DNA from: Alphaproteobacteria bacterium
GTDB taxonomy: Bacteria > Pseudomonadota > Alphaproteobacteria > Rickettsiales > UBA8987
Assembly (NCBI GenBank): GCA_031426355.1
Contig: JANPLD010000027.1
Coordinates: forward strand, 18,907 to 82,906
Direction of reading: 5' to 3'
Length of the DNA stretch: 64,000 nt
In this document: positions 12,124 to 22,978 of the stretch, in pieces
Layout of the letters: each line of letters opens with the position of its first letter
Numbering within the stretch: the first letter of the stretch is position 1
The notes under the pieces: model-generated
What the model was told of the DNA's origin: nothing
What the model saw: the letters and a program-made list of their open reading frames with translations, nothing else
The model's database searches: none
Made by a program: the position numbers and the translations under genes

Positions 12124-13338
12124 ATGTCTAAAATTTCACCTTTTGCCGTTAAATTTCCTGAAGTGCCTGATATAGCTGGGTTATCTATACAAACAGCATG
12201 TACAGGCATGAGATATAAAAAGGATGATCTTCTTTTTATAAAATTTGAAGGGAAAGCTTCTGTTGGTGGAGTGTTTACTAAAAATACCATGCCGGGTGAG
12301 CCTATCATATGGTGCCAGAAAATATTGTCTAAAGGAATTGCTTCTGGCCTTGTAGTGAATTCGGGATATTCTAATGTTTTCTGTGGGCAGAAAGGTGTTG
12401 ATACGGTCAACAAAAGTGCAAAAAAATCTGCTGAAATTTTAAAATGTAATGAAGATGAAGTTTATATTGCATCAACTGGTATAATTGGTCAGCCAGTAAA
12501 AGTTGAGCTTCTTATTGAGGCGCTTGATAAAAAGTTAGCGCCCGCGAGCTGGGAAAAGGCCTGTGTTGCGATAAACACTACAGATACATTCTCAAAAGTC
12601 GTTCATAAAACTGTAGAGATAGATGGCAAAAAAGTAAATATTGTTGGTATTATTAAAGGTTCGGGAATGATAGCGCCAGATATGGCAACCATGCTTGGAT
12701 TTGTATTTACTGATGCGAATATTTCTTCAAAAGTTCTTCAGCAATTACTCAGTGAAGTAACACCTGATACTTATAATTCTATTACGGTGGATAGTGATAC
12801 TTCAACTTCTGATACCATACTTGCATTTGCGACAGGAAAAGTTGGTAACAAAGAAATTGCAGATATCAATGATTCTGAATTCAAAGATTTTAGAACGAAG
12901 TTCTTTGAATTAAATTTGGAGCTGGCAAAATTAGTTGTTAAAGATGGTGAAGGCATTTCCAAATTTGTAACTGTAGAAGTTTCCGGTGCAAAAGATAATG
13001 ATTCTGCAAGGAAAATAGCTCTTGCGATTGCTAATTCCCCTCTGGTTAAAACTGCAATGGCAGGTGAAGATGCTAACTGGGGCAGAGTAATAATGGCTGT
13101 TGGTAAATCAGGTGAACCTGCTAACAGGGATAAAACTTCCATCTGGATTGGTAATCTACAGCCTGCTTTGCAAGGTCAATTAAACCCAGCTTATAAAGAA
13201 GCTAGTGCTGTAGAATATATAAAGAATCCAGAGATTTATATTAAGGCCGATGTTGGAGTTGCTTCGGGTAAAGCGATAGTTTATACTACAGATCTAACTC
13301 ATGGATATATAGAGATTAATGCGGATTACCGAAGTTAA
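12124..13338 (+). CDS. argJ: bifunctional glutamate N-acetyltransferase / amino-acid acetyltransferase
   Basis: 404 aa. Autoproteolytic site context PDMATMLGFVFTDA, and a C-terminal INADYRS ending typical of ArgJ. Confidence 0.9.
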   Translation: MSKISPFAVKFPEVPDIAGLSIQTACTGMRYKKDDLLFIKFEGKASVGGVFTKNTMPGEPIIWCQKILSKGIASGLVVNSGYSNVFCGQKGVDTVNKSAKKSAEILKCNEDEVYIASTGIIGQPVKVELLIEALDKKLAPASWEKACVAINTTDTFSKVVHKTVEIDGKKVNIVGIIKGSGMIAPDMATMLGFVFTDANISSKVLQQLLSEVTPDTYNSITVDSDTSTSDTILAFATGKVGNKEIADINDSEFKDFRTKFFELNLELAKLVVKDGEGISKFVTVEVSGAKDNDSARKIALAIANSPLVKTAMAGEDANWGRVIMAVGKSGEPANRDKTSIWIGNLQPALQGQLNPAYKEASAVEYIKNPEIYIKADVGVASGKAIVYTTDLTHGYIEINADYRS

Positions 13339-13358
13339 GTAAATCATCATAATAAGAA

Positions 13359-14288
13359 ATGTTAAGTGTAGATTTACATAATGAAAGTTCTAGTACGTTG
13401 CTTTTTAAATGTGATTTAACTGAAGTTTTTAATTCAATCAGTGAAGAAATAAGTTATTTAAAGAGTGTGTTTTTAAGCGAAGTTGAAGCGCAAGCAAAAA
13501 AAGAAAACCCATTTGATGTATCTTTTAAATATAATTTTTATGATAGAAATTCAAAAGAATTATTTATAACTGTTTCGGGTAAAAATATTTTAAGAAATAA
13601 AACTGAAGTAGAGTTGCTTACTGGGCTGCATATAAGTAAATCAACAGCAAAATTTTTAACTTTATATGATAAGACTTCCTCGGAATCTAAGTCGTTATCC
13701 AAATATAATCCTAAGTTAAAAAATGTTTTAGAGCCAGAATTTGATCATGATAAAGTTGCTATCCTTGTGAGAAAAGAGGGGGAAACTAAAAACTTTTTAA
13801 GCGATAAGCTAAGCTTCTTTTTAATACCAATGATGAATAATAGTAAAATTGATCTTGCTAAGGTAGAATGTGAAGAAGGTTATCTTTTTATAATGCAAAG
13901 AGGCCCAAGGGGAAAGCAAATTGATTTGCAAAAACTGTCTTTCATACCTAAATCCAAGGATGTTATTATTTATTCAGGCAAGCATAATTATCAAGGTGTG
14001 TCTACAGTTAGAGAAAAACCACAGCCAGTTATTACTTTGAGTAGAACTAAAGATACGAGAAGTTCTATGATTTTTAATTATCCTGAAAATATTAGATCAT
14101 TTAATTTAGAAAATGGTTATAATTTTCTTGCAAGTATGCAAGCTAATGAAAAAATTAGTTTCGATATTGATAAGGACAAATGTGCTATCACTATTACTAG
14201 AGGCAAGAAAGGAGAAGGTTTATATTTTTCTCAATTAGAAGTGGATTTAAGGCTTAAGATGGGTATTCGCCAAAGAAATAAAGGGTGA
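13359..14288 (+). CDS. hypothetical protein (orphan, Lys/Asn/Ser-rich)
   Basis: 309-aa uninterrupted ORF that exactly fills the gap between argJ and argH. No family is recognisable by eye, and it is visibly more AT-rich than its neighbours. Confidence 0.5.
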   Translation: MLSVDLHNESSSTLLFKCDLTEVFNSISEEISYLKSVFLSEVEAQAKKENPFDVSFKYNFYDRNSKELFITVSGKNILRNKTEVELLTGLHISKSTAKFLTLYDKTSSESKSLSKYNPKLKNVLEPEFDHDKVAILVRKEGETKNFLSDKLSFFLIPMMNNSKIDLAKVECEEGYLFIMQRGPRGKQIDLQKLSFIPKSKDVIIYSGKHNYQGVSTVREKPQPVITLSRTKDTRSSMIFNYPENIRSFNLENGYNFLASMQANEKISFDIDKDKCAITITRGKKGEGLYFSQLEVDLRLKMGIRQRNKG

Positions 14289-15668
14289 TTAATTTTTAAC
14301 TTCTGGGCTTGTGCCGCCAAAACTTTTTCTTGATCTTACAGAATTCTCCACGGAAAGAACGTTGTAAATATCATTAGTAATTCCTTTTTCAATATTCTGG
14401 AATTCTTTTAAGCTTAGCTCTTCTAGCTTGCAGTTTTTTTCTTCGGCAAGTTTTACGCATCTTCCAGTAATGTGATGCGCGTCGCGGAAAGGCTTTTTAA
14501 GATTCTTAACTATCCAGTCGGCAATATCAGTCGCTGTGGAAAAGCCCGCAGAAGCAGCTTTATACATATTTTCTTTATTAGGCTTCATGTCGTCAATCAT
14601 TCCACGCATTGCACGAAGACTTAGGATTATACTATCAACCGTATCAAAAACCTGTTCCTTATCTTCCTGCATATCTTTGCTATAGGCAAGAGGCAGGCCT
14701 TTCATGATAACACTAAGTGCGGTAAGTGTGCCAAGTATCCTTCCGGTTTTTGCGCGAACTAATTCTGCTGCGTCAGGGTTTCGCTTTTGCGGCATTATGG
14801 AGCTTCCGGTCGTGAATTTTTCACTGAGAGAAATAAATTTAAAGCCTTGTGAGCACCAGATAACTATCTCTTCCGCGAACCTTGAAAGATTTAACGCGAG
14901 GATATTTGCACATGATAGAAATTCTATTGCGAAATCACGCGATGAAACTGAATCGATGGAATTTGCAGTTGGCCTATCAAACCCAAGTTCTTTTGCGGTG
15001 AAGTGCCTGTCTATAGGGAAGCTTGTTCCGGCTAAAGCTGCTGCGCCCAGTGGGCATTCATTAAGTCTTTTTCTGCAATCATGAAATCTGCTTAGGTCAC
15101 GTGAGACCATTTCAAAATATGCATTTAAATGATGACCGAAAGTTACTGGCTGTGCTGTTTGCAGGTGAGTAAAGCCCGGCATTATCGTGTTTGAATTTTC
15201 TTTAGCTTTCTTTGTGAGAGATTTAAGAAGTAAATTAATTTCAGAAATTATTACATCAATATTATCCCTGACATATAGTCTAAAATCTACTGCTACCTGA
15301 TCATTCCTGCTTCTAGCGGTATGTAGCCTACCTGCGGTATCTCCGATGATTTCTCTTAGGCGAGATTCAATATTCATGTGAATATCTTCAAGCTCTTCCT
15401 TGAAAGTGAATTTGCCTGAATCAATTTCTTTTTCGATCTGCTTCAAGCCTTCGGTAATTTTTTTAACGTCAGCGGCAGAAAGTATATTAGTTTTGGCAAG
15501 CATTTTTGCGTGCGCTATGGAGGCTTGTATATCCTGCTTGTATAATTTTTTGTCGAAAGAGACAGATGCGTTTATCTTCTGTAATACTTCGTCAGGGCCG
15601 TATTTATAGTGTCCACCCCACATTTTATTGGCAAGCTGCGTTTTAGGTTTATTTTTAGTTTTCTTCAT
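14289..15668 (-). CDS. argH: argininosuccinate lyase
   Basis: 459 aa. Fumarate-lyase signature [12 protein letters not shown], and an N-terminal WGGHY-type motif. Confidence 0.95.
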   Translation of the reverse strand: MKKTKNKPKTQLANKMWGGHYKYGPDEVLQKINASVSFDKKLYKQDIQASIAHAKMLAKTNILSAADVKKITEGLKQIEKEIDSGKFTFKEELEDIHMNIESRLREIIGDTAGRLHTARSRNDQVAVDFRLYVRDNIDVIISEINLLLKSLTKKAKENSNTIMPGFTHLQTAQPVTFGHHLNAYFEMVSRDLSRFHDCRKRLNECPLGAAALAGTSFPIDRHFTAKELGFDRPTANSIDSVSSRDFAIEFLSCANILALNLSRFAEEIVIWCSQGFKFISLSEKFTTGSSIMPQKRNPDAAELVRAKTGRILGTLTALSVIMKGLPLAYSKDMQEDKEQVFDTVDSIILSLRAMRGMIDDMKPNKENMYKAASAGFSTATDIADWIVKNLKKPFRDAHHITGRCVKLAEEKNCKLEELSLKEFQNIEKGITNDIYNVLSVENSVRSRKSFGGTSPEVKN

Positions 15669-15748
15669 AAAATTGACAGAAAATTGACGAATTTGATTTA
15701 TATTTCTTTATACTTATATCAGCTATACCAACAAGCAGGATTTGTAAA

Positions 15749-16456
15749 ATGTTAAAGCTTAGAAAAGCAGATGAACGAGGATATAATAAGATAGACTGGC
15801 TGGAAAGTTATCATAGTTTTTCCTTTGGTGGATATTATGATCCGGCCAATATGGGGCATGGAGTTCTGCGGGTCATTAATGATGATATAATTGAGCCTGA
15901 TACCGGATTTGGTGAGCATGGTCATCGTGATATGGAGATTCTAACTTATGTGATAGAAGGTGCGCTTTCGCACCGCGATTCACTTGGAAATGTTGCTTCA
16001 ATTCAAGCAGGGGAAGTTCAGAGGATGAGTGCGGGCAGGGGAATTCGCCATAGTGAATTCAATGGTTCAAAGACCGATAAAGTAAGGCTTCTGCAGATAT
16101 GGTTTTTGACCGGAGAAGATGGGATACCTCCTTCATATGAACAGAAAATGTTCTCAAGGGAAGATAAGCTTAACAAGCTTTGTCTGCTTGTCTCAAGGGA
16201 AGGTGGTGATAAAGCTATGAAGATCAATCAGGATGTAACTATCTACGCTTCAATTCTGGATAAAGATAAAGAGGTTGAATATAAATTTACTGATGCTGAT
16301 CATTTCGGCTGGATACAGGTAGCGCTTGGCGAAATCGAGGTAAATGGGGTAAAACTCAAAAACGGTGACGGGCTTGCTATTGAGAAGGAAGCCTCTATAA
16401 AAATAAGATCTAAAGAGAATGGTTCAGAATTTGTACTATTCGAATATATAAAATAA
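15749..16456 (+). CDS. pirin family protein
   Basis: 235 aa. Cupin metal-binding region GFGEHGHRDMEILTYV. Confidence 0.85.
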   Translation: MLKLRKADERGYNKIDWLESYHSFSFGGYYDPANMGHGVLRVINDDIIEPDTGFGEHGHRDMEILTYVIEGALSHRDSLGNVASIQAGEVQRMSAGRGIRHSEFNGSKTDKVRLLQIWFLTGEDGIPPSYEQKMFSREDKLNKLCLLVSREGGDKAMKINQDVTIYASILDKDKEVEYKFTDADHFGWIQVALGEIEVNGVKLKNGDGLAIEKEASIKIRSKENGSEFVLFEYIK

Positions 16457-16468
16457 TTAAGGAGATAT

Positions 16469-17038
16469 ATGGCTAAAATAATATTTTTAGCAGGTTCGAG
16501 CCGTAAGGACTCAATGAATAAGAAGCTTGCGAAGGCGGCTTATGAATATGCGAAATCAAAAAGTGCGGATGCGGAGTTTCTTGATCTGAAAAATTATGAA
16601 ATGCCATTATATAATGGTGATCTTGAGGCTGAAAGTGGTCTTCCTGAAAATGCTAAAAAGTTAAAGGCGAAATTTATTGAGTGCAAAGGGTTCTTTATTG
16701 CGTCTCCTGAATATAATAGTTCATTCTCGCCTCTTCTGAAAAACTCACTTGATTGGATCTCACGCAAGCATGAAAAAGATGAAGCTGCTCTTGTTGCATA
16801 TAAAGGTAAAGTTGCGGCTCTTGCTGCTGCATCTCCTGGTGGATATGGCGGTATGCGCGGGCTTGTTCCTTTACGTATGATGCTTGGTAATATTGGTGTT
16901 CATGTACTTCCTGATCAGGTTGCGGTTCCTGCTGCTGATAAGGTTTTTGATGAAGCTGAAAAAATTAATGATGCAAAAACCCAGAAAATGATCGAAGGTT
17001 TAGTTGATAGTTTGATAAATGTTACTGGCAAATTATGA
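16469..17038 (+). CDS. NAD(P)H-dependent FMN reductase family oxidoreductase
   Basis: 189 aa. GSSRKDSMNKKLA P-loop-like flavin site, and a SPEYNSSFSPLLKN motif. Confidence 0.8.
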   Translation: MAKIIFLAGSSRKDSMNKKLAKAAYEYAKSKSADAEFLDLKNYEMPLYNGDLEAESGLPENAKKLKAKFIECKGFFIASPEYNSSFSPLLKNSLDWISRKHEKDEAALVAYKGKVAALAAASPGGYGGMRGLVPLRMMLGNIGVHVLPDQVAVPAADKVFDEAEKINDAKTQKMIEGLVDSLINVTGKL

Positions 17039-17874
17039 GAATAATATTCCTTAATGGTGAATTTCTTCCTATAGAAAAAGCGCATATATCGCCAATGGAT
17101 AGGGGGTTTCTATTCGCTGATGGCATATATGAGGTCTCTGCGGTTTATAATGGTAAGCTGGTGGATAATGATGGGCACTTAAAAAGATTGCAGCGTTCTT
17201 TATCGGAGTTAAAAATAAAACTTCCAATGTCATTGGAAGAGATAGAAAAAAACCAACTTGAATTAATTAAGCAGAACAACCTGACGGAAGGTTTAATATA
17301 TTTGCAAGTTACACGTGGTGTACAGGAGCGTGACTTTAATTATTCTGATGAACTGACGCCAACTTTTATGATGTTCACCCAATCAAAAAAGATAGTTGAT
17401 AGTGATAATGCGAGAAATGGCGTTAAGGTTGTGACTGTTTCTGATATCAGGTGGACAAGGCGTGATATAAAATCTATTGCATTGCTTCCACAGGTGATGG
17501 CAAAAAATGAGGCTCGTGCTCAAGGTGCTTTTGAAGCATTTATGGTTGATGAAAAAGGTTTTATAACTGAGGGCTCATCATCAAATGTTTACATAATTAA
17601 GAATAAAACAATCATCACTAGAAATCTTTCTAATAATATTCTGCACGGGATAACAAGGGCATCGGTACTAAGGCTAGCGAAGGAAAATAGTTTGAAGATA
17701 GATGAAAGGCCATTCTCAGTTGATGAAGCTTTAAATGCTGACGAATCATTTCTTACCAGCGCTACCAATTTTGTTCTTGGCGTGGTTGAGATAAATGGCA
17801 AAAAGCTTGGTGATGGCAGAGTAGGGGAAATGACTTTGAAGCTTTCTGAAATATATCTTAATTCAATTCGCTAA
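17035..17874 (+). CDS. class IV (D-amino-acid / branched-chain) aminotransferase
   Basis: 279 aa. DRGFLFADGIYE, an EGSSSNVY motif, and GITR. Overlaps the upstream gene by 4 nt. Confidence 0.8.
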   Translation: MRIIFLNGEFLPIEKAHISPMDRGFLFADGIYEVSAVYNGKLVDNDGHLKRLQRSLSELKIKLPMSLEEIEKNQLELIKQNNLTEGLIYLQVTRGVQERDFNYSDELTPTFMMFTQSKKIVDSDNARNGVKVVTVSDIRWTRRDIKSIALLPQVMAKNEARAQGAFEAFMVDEKGFITEGSSSNVYIIKNKTIITRNLSNNILHGITRASVLRLAKENSLKIDERPFSVDEALNADESFLTSATNFVLGVVEINGKKLGDGRVGEMTLKLSEIYLNSIR

Positions 17875-18487
17875 GTTTCTTTACGATATCATCAACCGGT
17901 GTTTCGTGAGTAAAATGATCTTTGTATTTTCCATCTTTATCCATGATATAAATGATTGAAGAGTGGTTCATATCATATTTGGCTGGATCTTTTTCTGCGA
18001 TCTTTTCGGCGTATACGCGATAGGCTTGTTTTGCTTTATCTATTTGATCTTGAGTTCCTGTTAAACCAAGTATTGATGGGTCAAAATTTTTCAGGAATTC
18101 GCTGAGCCTTGCCTGGTCATCCCTTTCAGGGTCAGTTGTTATGAATACTGGTTGTATATCTTTTGCTTTATCACCTAATTTATCAATTGCCAGGCTTATA
18201 GAGCTTAATGCGGTAGGGCATATCATCGGACAATTCGTAAAACCAAAATAAACAAGTGAATATTTACCTTTTAAATTTTGTTCAGTAAATTTATTGCCGT
18301 TCTGGTCAGTCAGTTCAAACTCGCCGCCAATGAGCGCTTCGCCTTCATCGGGCTTATCTTTTGTTACTGTGGCAGTTTCTGTAGTATTAGAGTTTGGAAA
18401 ATTAGTTTCATTATTTGATATGTAAAGATTCGCAGCAATCATAATAACCGTTACGCCAATCAATGCTACTTTTGTAGAATTTTTCAT
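17858..18487 (-). CDS. SCO1/SenC family copper chaperone
   Basis: 209 aa. N-terminal TM anchor, FGFTNCPMICP (CxxxC), and a downstream conserved His. Confidence 0.85.
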   Translation of the reverse strand: MKNSTKVALIGVTVIMIAANLYISNNETNFPNSNTTETATVTKDKPDEGEALIGGEFELTDQNGNKFTEQNLKGKYSLVYFGFTNCPMICPTALSSISLAIDKLGDKAKDIQPVFITTDPERDDQARLSEFLKNFDPSILGLTGTQDQIDKAKQAYRVYAEKIAEKDPAKYDMNHSSIIYIMDKDGKYKDHFTHETPVDDIVKKLSELN

Positions 18488-18504
18488 AACTTTCTTATTT
18501 TTTG

Positions 18505-18951
18505 TTACTGGTTTAAGCTGGATTCAAGCATCCAGAGATTTTTCTGGTGAACTTCCGTGCGTGCTACCAGAACATCCGCGCTTAACTGGTCGCCTTCATC
18601 TTCAAGTATTTTTCTAGCCGCAGATAATACTGTTATCATGGTGTTTTCATCAAGAACCAGATTTTTGAGCATCTGCTGAGAAGATAATCCCGTTGTTCTT
18701 TCTTCCTTAATTTTTGAAAGTTCTGCGTATTCGGAAAAGCTTCCAATAGTGTGACCGCCAATCGCTTTGATTCTTTCCGCAATTACATCTATAGCGAGGA
18801 ATTGCTCATTATAGTGAAGTTCAAATAACTGGTGTAATGAAAGGAAGTTTTCTCCCCTTACGTTCCAGTGGTAATTCTGTTTTTTGAGAAGCAGAACATA
18901 TGAATTTGCGAGAACTTCGCTGAGCGCTTTAATATTTTTTGCGTTGGGCAT
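18505..18951 (-). CDS. dps: Dps family DNA-protection/ferritin-like protein
   Basis: 148 aa. NYHWNVRG...FLSLHQLFE ferroxidase-site pattern. Confidence 0.85.
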   Translation of the reverse strand: MPNAKNIKALSEVLANSYVLLLKKQNYHWNVRGENFLSLHQLFELHYNEQFLAIDVIAERIKAIGGHTIGSFSEYAELSKIKEERTTGLSSQQMLKNLVLDENTMITVLSAARKILEDEGDQLSADVLVARTEVHQKNLWMLESSLNQ

Positions 18952-18999
18952 AATTGTTTCCTGTTTATTTCTGATAACAGTAATAGAGGGAATAGAAAA

Positions 19000-20892
19000 T
19001 CAAGCAACTTTCTTTTCTTTTTCTGCTTTTTTAAGATGTACCATTATGGCAGTTGATGCGGCTGGTGTCATGCCAGGTATTCTGCCTGCCGCGCCAATAG
19101 TTGCGGGGCGTATGCGAGCCAATTTTTCACGTACTTCATTAGACAGGCTATCAACTTTTTTATAATCAACCCATTCCGGAATTGAGATTGATTCATCTTT
19201 ACGGAACTGTTTTATTTCTGCTTCCTGCCTCTCTAAATATCCTTTATAAAGCGCTTCAATTTCCATCTGCTGAATTACTTCCTGTGGAAATCCTGAAAGT
19301 TCTAAAGGCCAGATGTTTTTTAATGTCTCAAAGGAAATATCCGGAAATGCGAGGAATTGTAGAGCTGTTCTTCTTATGCCGTCTTGATTTATTTTGATAC
19401 CGTACTTTTCCGCTTCAAAAGGTGTAAGCGTTAAAGACTGCATGGCATGACGGATATTATGCAGTTTTTCAGTTTTTTTAGAGAATGAAATTTCGCGTTC
19501 CTTACCGGCAAACCCACGTTTGATAGCCCTTGGGGTGAGCCTTAAATCAGCGTTGTCAGCGCGGAGAATCAGGCGATATTCTGCGCGAGAAGTGAACATT
19601 CTGTATGGCTCAATTGTGCCAAGTGTGATAAGGTCATCTATAAGAACACCAATATAAGCGTCACTTCTATCGAGAGTAAATTCTTTTTCATTTTTAGAGC
19701 TAAATGCAGCATTCACGCCAGCTATCAAGCCTTGCGCTCCAGCCTCTTCATACCCTGTTGTGCCGTTTATTTGTCCTGCTAAAAATAATCCTGAGATTTT
19801 TTTAGTTTCTAAAGTATTTTTAAGTTCACGCGGGTCGATATAATCATATTCTATTGCATAGCCATATTGAGTTATAACGCAGTTTTCTAAACCTTTGATG
19901 GAGCGCACATAAGCATCCTGAACATCACGTGGAAGTGAGGTTGAAATACCGTTTGGATAAACGAGTTCAGAATCCAAGCCTTCTGGTTCTAAGAAAATCT
20001 GGTGGCGTTCCTTATCGCGGAAACGGTTTATCTTATCTTCGATGGAGGGGCAATAACGTGGGCCAATGCCTTTTATCTCGCCAGAATACATTGCAGATTT
20101 ATGTAAATTATCCGCAATTATTTTATGAGTAGTTTCATTCGTATAAGTGATGTAGCATTTTACTTGAGGAACTTTTACTTCATTAACGATGTATGAAAAT
20201 GGGGTAGGGACCTCATCACCCGGTTGTTCTTCGCAAACTGAATAATCAATTGATGATTTTAGAATGCGGGGTGGTGTTCCGGTTTTTAATCTGCCAAGTT
20301 GGAAGCCAAACCTTTCCAGAGTCTCGGAGAGTTTGATAGATGGTTTTTCCGTTTTATTATCTTCGCCAAATCTTCCTGCCGGGGTTTTTTCATTACCTAT
20401 ATGTATTAGGCCTTTTAGGAATGTTCCGGTGGTTAGAACTATTGACTTACATTCAAATTTTTCACCAGTTTCTGTGATGACCGATCTTACTTTTTCGGTT
20501 TCATCAATTTCAATATCATCAACTGCGCCTTCAAAAATGGTAAGGTTTGGGTAATCAGAAAGCGTTTCTTGCATGGCTTTCTTGTATAATTTTCTATCTG
20601 CCTGCGCTCTTGGACCCCATACTGCCGGGCCTTTTGAGGCGTTCAGCATTTTATAGTGTATGCCGGCTTTATCAATTACTTCGCCCATTACGCCACCAAG
20701 TGCGTCAATTTCCTTAACTAAAGTGCCTTTGGCAACACCGCCGATGGCTGGGTTACAGCTCATCTGGCCGATCGTATCAAATTTATGGCTGATAAGCAGC
20801 GTTTTGGCACCTGCGCGCGCGGAGCCAGCCGCAGCTTCACAGCCTGCATGGCCACCACCAATAACTATCACATCAAATTTATTGCTATTCAT
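19000..20892 (-). CDS. mnmG: tRNA uridine-5-carboxymethylaminomethyl modification enzyme MnmG (GidA)
   Basis: 630 aa. FAD motif [14 protein letters not shown], plus conserved [11 protein letters not shown]. Confidence 0.95.
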   Translation of the reverse strand: MNSNKFDVIVIGGGHAGCEAAAGSARAGAKTLLISHKFDTIGQMSCNPAIGGVAKGTLVKEIDALGGVMGEVIDKAGIHYKMLNASKGPAVWGPRAQADRKLYKKAMQETLSDYPNLTIFEGAVDDIEIDETEKVRSVITETGEKFECKSIVLTTGTFLKGLIHIGNEKTPAGRFGEDNKTEKPSIKLSETLERFGFQLGRLKTGTPPRILKSSIDYSVCEEQPGDEVPTPFSYIVNEVKVPQVKCYITYTNETTHKIIADNLHKSAMYSGEIKGIGPRYCPSIEDKINRFRDKERHQIFLEPEGLDSELVYPNGISTSLPRDVQDAYVRSIKGLENCVITQYGYAIEYDYIDPRELKNTLETKKISGLFLAGQINGTTGYEEAGAQGLIAGVNAAFSSKNEKEFTLDRSDAYIGVLIDDLITLGTIEPYRMFTSRAEYRLILRADNADLRLTPRAIKRGFAGKEREISFSKKTEKLHNIRHAMQSLTLTPFEAEKYGIKINQDGIRRTALQFLAFPDISFETLKNIWPLELSGFPQEVIQQMEIEALYKGYLERQEAEIKQFRKDESISIPEWVDYKKVDSLSNEVREKLARIRPATIGAAGRIPGMTPAASTAIMVHLKKAEKEKKVA

Positions 20893-21024
20893 CAGATTCT
20901 CAAGGGTTTTGAGGGCTTATACTCTAAAAATGCCCTAAAATCAAGGAGCGTTAGCATTTGATTTGCTAATTGAAACATCTGTAAAAATGGGTAATAAGTA
21001 TTGCCTAAATTATATTTTGTTTTT

Positions 21025-22872
21025 ATGTGCGGAATTATTGGTGTTACAGGTAGGGAAGATGCGGCGGAAGTGATAGTTGAAGGGCTACGTCGCCTGGAAT
21101 ATCGCGGTTATGATTCAGCGGGGGTAGCTACCAGTTTTAATGGTAAAATAAACCGTTGCCGTTCTGAAGGTAAAATTAAGAATCTTGAGGCTTCGCTAGC
21201 AAAAACCCCGGTTTTAGGGAAAGTTGGTATAGGGCATACCAGATGGGCAACTCATGGCGCACCTACTGAAAGAAATGCCCATCCGCATGCGACTGAAAAA
21301 GTGGCGGTAGTACATAACGGAATTATTGAGAATTACCTGCATCTCCGCGCTGAGCTACAAAAGCTTGGGGTAGAGTTTTTGAGTGATACCGATACGGAAG
21401 TTATTCCGCAGATCATTACTCAATATTTAAATCAGGGACTTAGTAAAAAAGATTCAGTTTTAAGGGCGGTTGCGAGGTTTGAAGGCGCTTATGCGATAGG
21501 GGTTATATTTTCTGATGATGACAAAACTATTTATGCTGCAAGACATGGTGCGCCTCTGGTTGTTGGTTATGGCAAAGATGAGAATTTTATCGCGTCAGAT
21601 GCGCTTGCTCTTGCTTCATTAACTTCACAAATATGTTATTTGGAAGAGGGTGATGTTGCGGAAATTACACCTGATAAAGTTACTGTTTTTGATAAAAAAG
21701 GTAATGAGGTAAAACGCAAAATAACTCAGTCAAATCTCTCTGCGATAAATATCGGTAAGGAAAATTACCGACACTTTATGCAGAAAGAAATATTTGAGCA
21801 GCCTTCAGTTATTGGTGATAATTTCCATGCGTATTATAACCCCGTTGCGAATACTATAGCAATGCCTAACATGCCGTTTGATCTTTCTCTGATTGAGAAG
21901 GTTACGATAATAGGGTGCGGAACATCTTATTATGCTGGAAAGGTTGCTACATACTGGTTTGAGAAGATCGCAAAAATTCAGGCTGAAGCAGATATAGCAT
22001 CTGAATTCAGGTATCGTGAAGCAATTTTACCGAAGAATGGAATGTGTATTTTCCTTTCGCAATCAGGTGAAACTGCTGATACTTTAGCGGCGCTTAGATA
22101 CGCGAAGTCACAGGGGCAAAAAATTGTTGCGGTTGTAAATGTTACTGAAAGTTCGATTGCGCGTGAGGCAGATTTTGTATTGCCTATTTATAGTGGTCCT
22201 GAAATTGGTGTCGCTTCTACAAAAGCATTTACTGCGCAACTTTGTACACTTGCATATTTAATGCTGAAAACAGCGAAACTTAAGAATCCTGATAAGGTTG
22301 ATATATATAATAATACTGCACGTACCATGCTTGAGATACCTGCGATGATGTCAGCAGTTTTAGAAAAAGATAAAGAGATACAGGAACTGGCTCAGGAACT
22401 TTCTACATATTCTAATCTGATCTATATAGGCCGTGGAGTTTCATATCCTATAGCTCTTGAAGGGGCGTTAAAACTTAAAGAAATATCATATATACATAGT
22501 GAGGCGTTTGCTGGTGGTGAGCTTAAGCACGGGCCAATAGCTTTAGTTGATGAAGGGTTTCCGGTGATCGCAATTGCACCGACTGATGAGTTTTTTGATA
22601 AATCTGCCTCAAATATACGTGAGGTTGCATCAAGGGGCGCGAGGATAATTTTAATATCGGACAAGCTCGGAATTGACGCTTTAAAAGATGTTATTTCTGA
22701 TTCGATTGAGATGCCGGTTATAGATTGCAGCCGCGTTACTTTCATCTGCCAGCTGATCGCTCCTATAATTTATTCCATTCCGATTCAATTACTTGCATAC
22801 CATGTGGCTGTTGCAAAAGGGACGGATGTTGACCAGCCCCGTAACCTCGCAAAAAGCGTTACTGTTGAATAG
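21025..22872 (+). CDS. glmS: glutamine--fructose-6-phosphate aminotransferase (isomerising)
   Basis: Ntn-amidotransferase start MCGIIG at 21025. The track's TTG at 21001 would bury the catalytic Cys. Two SIS domains, and the protein ends in VTVE. Confidence 0.95.
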   Translation: MCGIIGVTGREDAAEVIVEGLRRLEYRGYDSAGVATSFNGKINRCRSEGKIKNLEASLAKTPVLGKVGIGHTRWATHGAPTERNAHPHATEKVAVVHNGIIENYLHLRAELQKLGVEFLSDTDTEVIPQIITQYLNQGLSKKDSVLRAVARFEGAYAIGVIFSDDDKTIYAARHGAPLVVGYGKDENFIASDALALASLTSQICYLEEGDVAEITPDKVTVFDKKGNEVKRKITQSNLSAINIGKENYRHFMQKEIFEQPSVIGDNFHAYYNPVANTIAMPNMPFDLSLIEKVTIIGCGTSYYAGKVATYWFEKIAKIQAEADIASEFRYREAILPKNGMCIFLSQSGETADTLAALRYAKSQGQKIVAVVNVTESSIAREADFVLPIYSGPEIGVASTKAFTAQLCTLAYLMLKTAKLKNPDKVDIYNNTARTMLEIPAMMSAVLEKDKEIQELAQELSTYSNLIYIGRGVSYPIALEGALKLKEISYIHSEAFAGGELKHGPIALVDEGFPVIAIAPTDEFFDKSASNIREVASRGARIILISDKLGIDALKDVISDSIEMPVIDCSRVTFICQLIAPIIYSIPIQLLAYHVAVAKGTDVDQPRNLAKSVTVE

Positions 22873-22978
22873 TGCTATCAAGCATCTTTATGACCTTTTT
22901 ACTTTACCCATAACCAATTTTGTGGTAAGTGTTCGCCGCGATTGCAGGGGAGATGCAACACTTTAAAACGGAGTATTT

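Noticed and set aside
20893-21024. Possible glmS ribozyme or riboswitch in the glmS leader
   Set aside because: The glmS ribozyme is characteristic of Gram-positive bacteria, and I see none of its conserved core sequences in this 130-nt AT-rich leader.
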